DNA of 64,000 nt, taken from contig JAYFMW010000007.1 of the NCBI GenBank assembly GCA_042408215.1, forward strand, positions 241,797-305,796. The letters are read 5' to 3'. Position 1 is the first letter of the stretch. Every line of letters starts with the position of its first letter. The translations under genes were made by a program, and so were the position numbers. The notes under the pieces are model-generated. The model saw nothing but the letters and a program-made list of their open reading frames with translations. It was not told the origin of the DNA and searched no databases. Source of the stretch: Microcoleus sp. (GTDB lineage Bacteria; Cyanobacteriota; Cyanobacteriia; Cyanobacteriales; Microcoleaceae). This document shows positions 29,370-39,650 of this stretch, piece by piece.

Positions 29370-30860
29370 TCGATCGAATCCTCAGGTAGTTAAAGACCAG
29401 AAAACCAGCAAATTTAGTTACAGACGCCTTACGCAGCAAGCTTTTCAGCTATGCCTTTGTCCGGGTTCATTTGTGGTCAACAAGTTTTGATACAACATAT
29501 CTGTAGTAGTGTTGGCCAAGCAACTTGGCTACCAACTGCCAATCATTAAGTCTCGATACCCCCAGGGTTTTTCCTGCAAATGCTTGGGTATTGAGCGAGT
29601 TAAATGTTATCTAAGAGGTTATCTAAGAGGGCTCCTCTTCCTACTTTCAGGCACTTTCGACCCATTTCAGGCTAGTGTTCGCAGGATTGTTGATTGAGTT
29701 TTCATTCACATTGCTGGATTCTAGAGTGTAATTGATTAAATCGCAAGTTTCCGCTGACAAAATTTAATATTTGGCCTATAGACGCTTTGCGCCTTTATAC
29801 CAGAAGGAACAAGGAAGAAGGCTATAGTGTCGAAGCTGAGCGAGTAAAAATCAGGAAGAAGGAAAATTCAATCCAAACAGATATCGATCGCCCCCAGCAT
29901 TGGTCTCCGGCGCATCCAGCATCAGCCAGTGTCCGGTATCGGGGAGAATAGTTGTCCTCAGTGTGGGACAGAGGATGGGGTCGGCTGAAGGTTTAAGTGT
30001 TTGAGGGAGCAATGATGTTGTGGGCTCCTGTTTTAGGGGCCGCTAGGTAGCGATGGAGAGCATTAATGGCTTCAAGGGCAAACATCCCGTGAGAGATTCT
30101 AAACGGGCAATTTTGTGGTGTCGCGGCTAGGCTAGGGGGTATTCGATCGCGCTGTTGTGGGCTGTGCTTTTTGTCAGTGCTTGGTTGAAGCTCGCTTCAA
30201 CAGCAGACGGACAATCTTCTGTTTCCAAGGCTCTCTGGTGGGGGACTATCTGTGCTTTGTAGATTTCTACAGAACTCTGGTTAAGTTTCTAGGTGGGTCA
30301 GCCAGGATTAATTGCGCTGTGTGCGGTGAGGTGGCTGAATAGGGGGAGGGCGATGCAAGGACGGAACTGTGCTGACGATCGCTACTGGATGGAGTTTTAG
30401 CTGATCTAGTATGGCGAAAACATTTGCTGTACGGGAGGTGGGGGCGTGGTTGCTGTCGGAAGAGTGGTGGGGAATTACTTTGTTTCGGGACATTGAGGGC
30501 GATCGCTTGTTGAGTAGAGCTAAGATGGGCTGGCTGCTTATGCCAGATGCTTGCTTTTATTGGCTATATTGTGGACGAACACCACCGGTGGTGATTTGGA
30601 TTTTGTAGGGGTGACAGGGGGGCTGGCTTGGAGGATGTGTATTTTGTCGATCGGTTGGAGTGAGGGTTGTCGATCGCATCAGATATTTTCAACGGTTTTA
30701 ATTTCCTGATGATTTACGCACTGTTAAGTTAAAAAATTTGGTTTCTGGCGATCGCTCTAACAGTGCGGTAATTATTTTAAGAAACTGGGTTTTTGCTTCT
30801 AAGACTGTTCTTTTTTTATCATAACCAATTTTATTTCTGTTACGCCTGGGCGCATTTTCG

Positions 30861-31275
30861 TTAGGTAGCATTCTCTACTGTAAATCCAATTTCTTGCGGT
30901 TCCAGCCGGTGACTGTGGGGGTCTGGCAAAAAAGCTTGGTGGGCGATCGGATACCCAGAATCTTTTTGCTCCTGAATCAGTAGGCCTTCTTGACGGGCTC
31001 TCGTCCCAGATCTAATCCATATATTCGCGGCTCTTGCGGCCAACTCGCCCGGTGTGCAAAGGGAGACAAAACGGGACGATCGCAAGTCTGTTTGAATTAG
31101 AACTACAAAAGGGCGAGTGCGGTCAGAAAGCTTTTCCTACAGCAACACCAGCTTCTGCATCCATGCGGCCGTGAACTACTTGCATTCCAGCATACTTGGA
31201 GTGGAATTCAATACTTCCAGCGACATCTGAAACCAGGAAGGCGATGTGAGTGAGTCCTCCATCAAAATTTCGCAT
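30861..31275 (-). pseudogene. Decayed VOC/glyoxalase family gene
   Basis: Across three frames: MRNFDGGLTHIAFLVSDV..SIEF..YAGMQVVH, LSDRTRPFVVLIQ, ARQEGLLIQEQKDSGYPI..AFLPDP; multiple frameshifts. Confidence 0.7.
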
Positions 31276-31740
31276 CAAAACTACATCTTTTCCCGTGAGT
31301 GATCTCCACCGGAAAAGCTGTTTACACCACCATCTATGAGCATTTCAACAACTCCGTTTATTTGACCAAATCCTGAATATATAAAGACTGTTGGTTATGA
31401 GTAATTGCCAGATGATTTGTGTCTGAATAGCGAACAATTTTTAGTGAAAATTAAGTGAAAAAAATCCAGGCTAAACACAGTTTTTGTTGAATTCTTGCAG
31501 GGCATTTGAAAAGTCGCCACCAACAGCAATACATCGTAAAATACCAGAGAGTTGAAAATAGCGATTTTGGGAGTTCTGGTTCTACTGTGTGGGAGTCGCC
31601 ATCGCGCTGTACAAAAGATCGACCCGTGACAAATAGCGATCGCCCCAAGCTTTAAGCCAATCCCCAATTCCCGAAGCCAACCCATTTTTAAAGTTTTCCC
31701 ACAGGCTATGATTGACGGTTGGGAGCCTTTCAAAATCCAA

Positions 31741-32862
31741 ATGCTGAACACACAAACCATAATTTCCAGCCTGCTGTTATTTATCCCGATTTCCATAGCC
31801 GGACACTTTCTGGGCTGGGAATCCTCCACAATCTTCATCACATCGGCCCTAGCCATCATCCCGCTAGCAGCCTGGATGGGAACCGCCACCGAAGAAATAG
31901 CCGTAGTTCTCGGCCCCAACTTAGGGGGATTACTAAACGCCACCTTCGGTAACGCCACCGAACTAATTATCGGCATCGTCGCCCTGAATGCCGGACTGAT
32001 TAACGTCGTCAAAGCCAGCATCACCGGTTCCATTATCGGCAACCTGCTCCTAGTAATGGGACTTGCCATGCTGCTGGGCGGCTTGCGCTACAAAGAACAA
32101 GAATTTCAGCCGACAGTCGCCCGATTGAACGCTTCGGCTATGAATTTAGCTGTCATTGCAATTTTGGTACCAACAGCAGTTGATGTCACATCTGGGGGTA
32201 TCGATCAGGAGACGATGCAAAAGCTCTCTAGCGCCGTTGCTGTGGTTCTGATTGGAGTCTACATACTGACTTTGCTGTTTTCGATGAAAACCCACACCTA
32301 TCTCTACGATGCGGGCATAGCCGAAATCGATATGCTCGAAGAACTCGCCGAGAACAATTTGGCAGGAGACAATTCTCAACATAAAGTCAATTTGCCTCTG
32401 TGGATTGGTGTGCTGTTGGCTTGTACTCTGATGGTGGCGATCGAGTCGGAACTGCTGGTAGGTACTCTCGAAGAAGCTACCTCCAGTTTGGGAATTAGCG
32501 CGCTGTTTACTGGGGTGATTTTAGTCCCGATTATTGGTAACGCGGCCGAACACGCGACGGCGGTGACGGTGGCGATGAAAAATAAGATGGATTTGTCGGT
32601 TTCTGTGGCAGTTGGTTCGAGTTTGCAAATTGCTCTGTTTGTCGCCCCGGTTTTGGTTTTGGCTGGTTTTATCCTTGGGAAACCGATGGATTTGGATTTC
32701 AACCCGTTTGAACTTGTGGCGGTGGCGGTGGCGGTGCTGATTGCTAATTCGATCAGTTCCGACGGCAAGTCTAATTGGCTTGAAGGTACTTTGCTGCTGG
32801 CTGCGTATGCGGTTTTGGCGCTGGCTTTCTACTTCCATCCGGTAATCGACGGGCTGGGCTAG
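31741..32862 (+). CDS. cax: Calcium/proton exchanger (CAX/ChaA family)
   Basis: GLLNATFGNATE and GNAAEH alpha repeats; ~11 TM helices (ORF track start 31708). Confidence 0.92.
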   Translation: MLNTQTIISSLLLFIPISIAGHFLGWESSTIFITSALAIIPLAAWMGTATEEIAVVLGPNLGGLLNATFGNATELIIGIVALNAGLINVVKASITGSIIGNLLLVMGLAMLLGGLRYKEQEFQPTVARLNASAMNLAVIAILVPTAVDVTSGGIDQETMQKLSSAVAVVLIGVYILTLLFSMKTHTYLYDAGIAEIDMLEELAENNLAGDNSQHKVNLPLWIGVLLACTLMVAIESELLVGTLEEATSSLGISALFTGVILVPIIGNAAEHATAVTVAMKNKMDLSVSVAVGSSLQIALFVAPVLVLAGFILGKPMDLDFNPFELVAVAVAVLIANSISSDGKSNWLEGTLLLAAYAVLALAFYFHPVIDGLG

Positions 32863-33010
32863 TCATTAGTCATTAGTCATTAGTCATTAGTCATTAGTCA
32901 TTAGTCAGTAGTCATTAGTCATTAGTCAGTAGGCAGATTAATCACCCATGCCCGATGCCCGATGCCCCATGCCCGATGCCCGATGCCCGATGCCCCATGC
33001 CCCATGCCCC
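32861..33010. repeat. STRR arrays (TCATTAG)n and (TGCCCGA/TGCCCCA)n
   Basis: Seen directly. Confidence 0.85.
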
Positions 33011-33030
33011 TCTGACTTCTTCCCTCTGAC

Positions 33031-34370
33031 CGAAAATTTGGGTTCAAGCCCCGTCCTTCTAGGACGGCTTGAATTCTTGAGGAAAGGCCTTGGCGGTAGC
33101 TCAATACTGTGTATAATATAGTAAGGAGGTAAAGTAAGTGCTTAATTTAACCTACGAATTCAAACTCAAACCAACAACAGCACAAGTGGCAATCTTTGAA
33201 GATTGCCTAGAGCAATGTCGTCGCGTATACAATTACGCATTGGCAGAGCGCAAAGATTGGTTTAAGTCTCGTAGCTGTCAAATTAACGCTTGCTCTCTTC
33301 GTTCTGAGTACATCATCCCAGCCGACAAACCTAGACCAACATACGTCAGTCAATGCAAGGGTTTAACTCAAGCCAGAGCAACAATCCCCACATTGAAAGC
33401 AGTTCAAGTCCACGTTTTACAACAAACTCTTAAACGTCTTGAACGCGCTTTTGTAAGTATGTGGGAACAAAAGCACGGCTTCCCTCCCTTGAAAAAAGTT
33501 GGGGCTATACGCTCTTTTGTATTTCCTCAGATGGGAGTAGAACCCATCAAAAATAGTGCTGTAAAATTGCCTAAGATTGGCTGGGTTAATTTCCGTCAAT
33601 CCCGCCTCATCCCTCATGGTGCTGCACTAAAACAAGTGCGCTTGGTTAGGCGTATTTCGGGCTGGTATGCAATGCTAACGCTGCAATGGGATGTCTCAAT
33701 TCCCGATGTTGTTCCTCATGGCAACCCAATCGGAATTGATGTCGGGTTGACTAATTTTATTGCAACTTCCAATGGTCTTTTAACCAAGCGTCAGAGGTTT
33801 TTTGTTGATGCCGAACGCCAGCTTAAATTGCTGCAACAGTGCGTCAGCAGAAAGCGGATCGGCTCAAACAATTGGAAAAAGGCTCAAAAGAAAGTTGCTC
33901 TGCTGCACGAGTACGTTGCCAATTGCCGAAAACATTGGCACCGCAAGCTGTCCCATCAAATCTGTAATGATGCGGGGATGGTATTTGTTGAAGACTTAAA
34001 TCTGGTTGGACTTTCTAGGGGAATGCTGGGCCAACACTGCCTTGATGCCGCGTTTGGTCAATTCTTCACTATTTTGGAGCAAACTTGCTTTAAACGCGGG
34101 GTATATTTCCAGAAAGTAGAGGCTAAAAAAACCAGCCAGATTTGTCCAAATTGCGGTACAGAAACGGGCAAGAAAGAGCTTTCAGAACGTACTCACAGTT
34201 GCTCAAATTGCGGCTATACAACAGACAGAGATGTTGCAGTCGCCCAAGTAGTTCTCCAACGGGGACTTGTAGCCGTAGGGCATACGGTCAAGATGCTTGG
34301 CTGAGGGTAAATTCGTCGGAATCCCTGTGAAACAAGAATCCCCACGCCTTGATAGCTGGGGAGTGTCCAA
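33031..34370 (+). mobile_element. tnpB-only IS200/IS605 element
   Basis: Left-end hairpin after TGAC; right end gaatcccc..ggggagtgtccaa; no tnpA. Confidence 0.85.
33138..34304 (+). CDS. tnpB: RNA-guided endonuclease TnpB
   Basis: N-terminal HTH, RuvC GIDVG / VEDL / DRD, zinc ribbon CPNC..CSNC. Confidence 0.93.
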   Translation: MLNLTYEFKLKPTTAQVAIFEDCLEQCRRVYNYALAERKDWFKSRSCQINACSLRSEYIIPADKPRPTYVSQCKGLTQARATIPTLKAVQVHVLQQTLKRLERAFVSMWEQKHGFPPLKKVGAIRSFVFPQMGVEPIKNSAVKLPKIGWVNFRQSRLIPHGAALKQVRLVRRISGWYAMLTLQWDVSIPDVVPHGNPIGIDVGLTNFIATSNGLLTKRQRFFVDAERQLKLLQQCVSRKRIGSNNWKKAQKKVALLHEYVANCRKHWHRKLSHQICNDAGMVFVEDLNLVGLSRGMLGQHCLDAAFGQFFTILEQTCFKRGVYFQKVEAKKTSQICPNCGTETGKKELSERTHSCSNCGYTTDRDVAVAQVVLQRGLVAVGHTVKMLG

Positions 34371-34405
34371 GTAAAAGTTAATAGAGCAACCTCAATCAGG
34401 GTTAT

Positions 34406-36475
34406 GTGGCTTCTGTGAGTTATTGCCTCAATCCCAAATGCCCGAATCCCTCCGATCCGGCCAACACTGGTAAGTCCGCGTGCATCCACTGTGGCTCAGA
34501 ACTTTTGTTGCAAGGTCGATATCGGCTAGTCGCGCCTCTCGGAGGTGGTGGCTTTGGTAAAACCTTTGAAGTAGACGACAAGGGCACCCGAAAAGTGCTC
34601 AAAGTCCTGCTCAAAGAACATCCCAAAGCTGTAGAACTGTTTAAGCAAGAAGCCGACGTATTAGTTCGGCTCAGACATCCGGGCATTCCCAAAGTCGATC
34701 GCGACGGTTATTTTACGTTTTCGCCGGCTCACAGCACGGAGTCTTTTCATTGTCTGATCATGGAGAAAATTGCCGGGGCAAATTTGCAGGACTGGCTGAA
34801 ACATCGGGGTCGCCCGATTAGTCAGGAACAGGCTGTGAACTGGCTCAAACAACTGTCGGAAATTTTAGACCAAGTTCACAGGCTCAACTATTTTCACCGG
34901 GACATCAAGCCGCAAAATATTATGTGCAAGCCGAACGGGCAGTTGGTGCTGATTGACTTCGGGACTGCTAGGGAAGTGTCGGCGACTTATTTCGCTAAGG
35001 TGGGTCAGGGGGGAAATGTGACTGGTATTGTTTCTCCTGGTTACACGCCGCCGGAACAAACGAATGGCAAGGCTGTTCCGCAGTCGGATTTTTTTGCATT
35101 GGGGCGGACTTTTGTTTATTTGCTAACTGGGAAGCCACCGACTGCATTTCCTGAGAACCCGCGCACAGGCAGGTTGATGTGGCGCAAAGGGGCTCCTCAG
35201 GTTTCGGATGCAGTGGCTAATGTGATTGATTACCTGATGGCGCCTTTTCCGGGAAATAGACCTCAAAGTCCCCAGGTGGTTTTGCAGTGCTTGGAGGAAA
35301 TTAATTTAGACGAAGCCGAGACTCAGTTGCCGACTCAGTTGCCGACTTCGGGGTCAACTAAAATTCGGGGAAGTTCCGGGACGTCTGGGATAACTAAGCA
35401 GAGTTCGATGAACCGGCTCAGACCGCTGGATTCGAGCTCGAAAAAACGCCGTCAAGAGCAGTTCGATCGCAAAAATAAGTGGCTGGCGGGCGCTGCTGCT
35501 TTGCTGCTGGCTGTCGGCGCGTCTCAAATTTATGGTTCGCTGCGTTACGGGCTGTTTCCGGCGAATCCGGTTTGGCTGCTTTCGAGTTTGCCTAGCAGTC
35601 AGTTTTTGACCAGAAGTTTGGATAATGTCGGTAGTGTAAATGCGATCGCTCTGTCGCCGGACGGTCAAACTTTGGTGAGTGGAAGTTTTGGGACGATTAG
35701 AATTTGGAATGCGAAGACGGGTGTGCTGCTACGGACTCTCAGTCAGGTGCATTCTAAAAAATCGGTGCGGACACTGGCTGTGAGTCCAGATAGCCTGATG
35801 TTGGCTAGTGGCGGTGATGACAATAATGTGATTTTGTGGAGTTTGAAGACGGGCCGACGGGTGCTGACGATCCCAGCTCACAGGGCTGGCGTGAATGCGA
35901 TCGCCTTCAGCAGCGACGGTAAGATGATTGCTAGTGGCAGCGATGACAAAACTGTTCGCTTGTGGGATGCCAGAAAGGGCCTCCGTTTGCTGACTTTGAC
36001 AGGTCACGGGGGCTCGGTGAATGCGATCGCCTTCAGCAGCGACGGTCAAACTCTGGCTAGCGGGAGCGCTGACAAGACTGTGCGTTTGTGGAATCTTAAA
36101 ACCGGACAAGTGAGAAGACTTCTTACAGGTCACGGGGGCGCGGTGAATGCTGTGGCTTTTAGCCCCAACGGGCGAATTGTGGCTAGTGCTAGCAGCGATA
36201 ATACTATCCGTTTGTCGAACGTGCAAGACGGTTCGCGTACCCAAACTTTTAAAGGGCATTCCAGTTGGGTGAGAACGATCGCTTTTAGCTCGGACAGTCG
36301 CTCTCTCGTCAGCGGGGGTGGGGATCTGATAGTTTGGGATTTGAAGACGGGAAAAGAGAGAAGCAGTCTTTCGGGTCACGGTCAGTTTGTGAGTTCTGTT
36401 GCTATTAGCAGAGATAGCAAGACTTTCGTGAGCGGCAGTCCCGATCGCACTATTAAGATTTGGCGAATGCCTTAG
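34406..36475 (+). CDS. Ser/Thr protein kinase with C-terminal WD40 repeats
   Basis: CLNPKC zinc-ribbon-like start, GGGGFG, HRDIKPQN, DFG, TM helix, 7 WD40 repeats. Confidence 0.95.
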   Translation: MASVSYCLNPKCPNPSDPANTGKSACIHCGSELLLQGRYRLVAPLGGGGFGKTFEVDDKGTRKVLKVLLKEHPKAVELFKQEADVLVRLRHPGIPKVDRDGYFTFSPAHSTESFHCLIMEKIAGANLQDWLKHRGRPISQEQAVNWLKQLSEILDQVHRLNYFHRDIKPQNIMCKPNGQLVLIDFGTAREVSATYFAKVGQGGNVTGIVSPGYTPPEQTNGKAVPQSDFFALGRTFVYLLTGKPPTAFPENPRTGRLMWRKGAPQVSDAVANVIDYLMAPFPGNRPQSPQVVLQCLEEINLDEAETQLPTQLPTSGSTKIRGSSGTSGITKQSSMNRLRPLDSSSKKRRQEQFDRKNKWLAGAAALLLAVGASQIYGSLRYGLFPANPVWLLSSLPSSQFLTRSLDNVGSVNAIALSPDGQTLVSGSFGTIRIWNAKTGVLLRTLSQVHSKKSVRTLAVSPDSLMLASGGDDNNVILWSLKTGRRVLTIPAHRAGVNAIAFSSDGKMIASGSDDKTVRLWDARKGLRLLTLTGHGGSVNAIAFSSDGQTLASGSADKTVRLWNLKTGQVRRLLTGHGGAVNAVAFSPNGRIVASASSDNTIRLSNVQDGSRTQTFKGHSSWVRTIAFSSDSRSLVSGGGDLIVWDLKTGKERSSLSGHGQFVSSVAISRDSKTFVSGSPDRTIKIWRMP

Positions 36476-36570
36476 TCATTAGTGATTGGTGATTGGTGAT
36501 TGGTGATTGGTGATTGGTGATTAGTTATTGGTGATTAGTTATTGGTGATTGTTATTGGTTATTGGTTAAG
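36475..36570. repeat. STRR array (TGATTGG/TTATTGG)n; inverse (CCAATTA/CCCATGA) array at ~36685-36760
   Basis: Seen directly. Confidence 0.85.
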
Positions 36571-36759
36571 TGAGCAACGGCTAAAAAAACAGAATACCCA
36601 GATACCCGACTGCTTCAAGAAGTCGGGGAGCTAACAGCGATCGCATTTTACGTTGAATTAGAGCGACCTACTTATTTGTTGGTTCCAATTACCAATTACC
36701 AATTACCTATGACCAATTACCCATGACCAATTACCCATGAGCAATTACCCATGACCAAA

Positions 36760-37402
36760 TTAGCTATCTAAAATTAAGAGCCAATTTTTGGCAAATTCAT
36801 CAACAGTTTGCTGCGAAAGTTCGTGAACTGCGATCGCCTGCAATATATTAAAAGGCAATGTCAAATGATGGGCGCCAGCTAATAAAGTCTTCACCGCTTC
36901 TTCCGGTGACTTAATGCTAGCTGCCAAAATCTCAGTATTAGTTTTTTGCAAGACATTTGCTATATCTTGCACTAAGGAAAAACTGTCTCCCAACAATCTG
37001 GTGGCGCGATTCACATAGGCGATCGCATATTTTGCTCCCCAAGCGGCCGACACCGCAGCCTGTGCCTTGTGGTAAATAGCTGTCACCGCGCAAGGAATTT
37101 CCGGTGACAGGTGCGCTACTGCTTGGAAATCGGCAACAGTGGCCGGAATTTTCAACACTGTTTGTTTTCCAATTAATTCAAAAGCCGCTTTTCCTTCTGC
37201 TACCATGCCATCAAAATCAGATGCCTTTAGCTGATAATATACTTCCCCAGGAATCAGTTGTGCCAGTTGTTTTAGCGTCACATCTGGAGATAAATCGCTC
37301 CGCAGCCCAATGTGTCGGATTAGTAGTAATTCTCGCTATCTAACCGAACTTACTCGCCTTTTTTGCTTGCGCTACAATTGCAGTATCGAGATAAATTGCC
37401 AT
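36760..37402 (-). pseudogene. Transaldolase/fructose-6-phosphate aldolase family pseudogene
   Basis: ATG 37402 gives MAIYLDTA..., in-frame TAG at codon 21, ITTNPT, then a frameshift into the 36760-37281 ORF (LKIPAT, YVNR, LAASIKS). Confidence 0.8.
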
Positions 37403-37671
37403 CAGCTCTACACCTTCTGTTTCTTAGTTTATTCTTGGTTTTCCGAGGCTTATTGTCAATTTGAGGTCAATCAGAGTGAAATTGATTGTTAGGCTTTAAT
37501 TGTACCAGATTTTAAAAAAAATATGGCTCTTCAGTAAAAATCACTATTAAGTGATGGGTATCACGTCAGTTGCTGATTGCGATCGTCAGGTACGAAAACT
37601 TCGATCGCCAAATGCCGGATCGAAACAGTTTACACTTGTAGTATGGGTTATGTATGCAATAACTCAAGGAG

Positions 37672-37911
37672 GTGACTCAGAAAATGAGCAAAGAAGAAAA
37701 TCAGCATTCACAAGTCAGCCTTGAGACATCTTATGACAAAGCGGAGTTGAAAAAACCAGCCGCAGCCACTCAAGAGTTGTCGGAAAATCATAATTATCAA
37801 ACAGAGTCTAAACCAGTTAAAAATAACGGTGAAGATGGTTTGAAGGCTCTAGCACGCTTGATGATGGTGAGCCTAACTTGGTCGATGGCAGAACTTTCTC
37901 AACGTAAGTAA
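37672..37911 (+). CDS. Hypothetical protein
   Basis: AAGGAGG upstream of ATG 37684; 75-79 aa ORF. Confidence 0.55.
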   Translation: MTQKMSKEENQHSQVSLETSYDKAELKKPAAATQELSENHNYQTESKPVKNNGEDGLKALARLMMVSLTWSMAELSQRK

Positions 37912-38249
37912 ATTTTTGGGTTATTGGTTATTGATATTGGTTATTGGTAATCAAGACTGGGTATGCTGCCAGACTGCCATGAATTTTTAATTTTTAACAT
38001 CCAATTCCTCATTTCTGGCCTGTGCTTTTGATAGTACAGGCTTTCCCATTGCCCAATGCGATAGGACTCAATGCCTCATCCCAGAGCTTCGCCCAATTCC
38101 CAATATCAAACTTTTATTTAATCCTTCAAATAGGCCCAAACAAGTCGGTTTAAGGAGCATAAATCATCCCCAATTTGGGAGACTAATTCACTGTTCCATT
38201 AAATTCTATTTCACAGAAAATCTGGTTAACATTGTTGTGTCCAGATCTG

Positions 38250-39449
38250 CTAATTAATATTTTCCGAACCTACGGCCTCAGAAATAGAATTAAATCCCTT
38301 TTCTGCCAATTTTTGCAACAGCCCTTCCAGAATTCTGCGTACCATCCAAGGCCCCTCGTAAACCCAACCGGTGTATACTTGAATTAAACTCGCACCGGCG
38401 GTAATTTTTTCCCAAGCATCGTCAGCGGTGAAAATGCCGCCCACGCCAATAATTGGCAATTTTCCTTGAGTTTGCTGCCAGATAAATCGGATGACTTCTG
38501 TAGAACGCTGCCGCAGGGGAACGCCGCTAATTCCGCCGTCTTCTTCGCTAATTGGTTGGCCAGTTTCTGGTAATATTTGAGTTGTCAATCCGTCGCGGCG
38601 GATTGTGGTATTTGTGGCGATAATTCCTGCTAGCTGGTAAGTTTTTGCTAAGTCGAGGATAGATGCGATCGCCTCCCATTCCAAATCCGGGGCAATCTTG
38701 ACTAAAATTGGTTTAATTCCCTGATTTTCTTGTTGCAAAACTGACAAAATTGTGCTGAGCTGATCGGCATCTTGGAGCGATCGCAATCCAGGGGTATTCG
38801 GAGAAGAAACGTTGACTACAAAATAGTCGCCGCAGTCTTTGAGGATCTTAAAACTCTCCAAATAATCTACTGATGCTTGCGAAAGCGGTGTTACCTTAGA
38901 TTTACCGAGATTAATGCCCAAGGGGTATGTAGACTGAGGCATGGGACATCCGGCATCTAATTGTGACTGGTCACCAATGCTCTGTGACTTGGAGGCGTTC
39001 GCCTTCTGCCGTGCGTTGTCAAACCGGGCTGCCATTGCCGCGGCTCCTTGATTGTTAAATCCCATGCGATTGAGGACAGCACCGTCGGCAGGCAAGCGAA
39101 ACAAGCGAGGATGAGGGTTTCCCGGCTGTGGTTGCCAAGTCACAGTGCCAAGTTCAGCAAAGCCAAAGCCAAAATTTTCCCAAATGCCAGTAGCTACGCC
39201 GTTTTTATCAAATCCTGCGCCCAAACCGACAGGATTTTTAAAATTCACTCCCCAGAGAGATTGTTCGAGCCGAGAATCTTGCAACCCGAAAGATTGCTGG
39301 AGTCGGGAGAGTATTTGGCTGGCTGCGGGGTTTGAGTGGGTTCGATCGACTATTTCGAGAATTTGGAGGATGCTGTCGTGGAGCCACTCGGCATCGGCTT
39401 TTAATACAGAGAATAATAGTGGCCGCAATCCTAATTGATAAATATCCAA
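38250..39449 (-). CDS. pyrD: Quinone-dependent dihydroorotate dehydrogenase
   Basis: [40 protein letters not shown]. Confidence 0.96.
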   Translation of the reverse strand: MDIYQLGLRPLLFSVLKADAEWLHDSILQILEIVDRTHSNPAASQILSRLQQSFGLQDSRLEQSLWGVNFKNPVGLGAGFDKNGVATGIWENFGFGFAELGTVTWQPQPGNPHPRLFRLPADGAVLNRMGFNNQGAAAMAARFDNARQKANASKSQSIGDQSQLDAGCPMPQSTYPLGINLGKSKVTPLSQASVDYLESFKILKDCGDYFVVNVSSPNTPGLRSLQDADQLSTILSVLQQENQGIKPILVKIAPDLEWEAIASILDLAKTYQLAGIIATNTTIRRDGLTTQILPETGQPISEEDGGISGVPLRQRSTEVIRFIWQQTQGKLPIIGVGGIFTADDAWEKITAGASLIQVYTGWVYEGPWMVRRILEGLLQKLAEKGFNSISEAVGSENIN

Positions 39450-39650
39450 TGGCTTGTTTTGTTTTGAGGAATGGGTTGAGGTAAGAGGAAGGGGAAGGGG
39501 AAGGGGAAGTTTTGAGTGCGTGAGTGCGTGAGTTTAAAGACTTAATTCATTCTGATAACTCTGACTAGATTATAGTTGATTCTGTTCCAGATTTTATGGT
39601 TTTTTAAGTTTTTAATTTTTCAGGCGACAGCGTTGTGAGGAAGTTTGGAA

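Noticed and set aside
31395..32069. 224-aa minus-strand ORF
   Set aside because: Antisense to cax and its promoter region; no recognisable features
35729..36379. 216-aa minus-strand repetitive ORF
   Set aside because: Antisense shadow of the WD40 repeats
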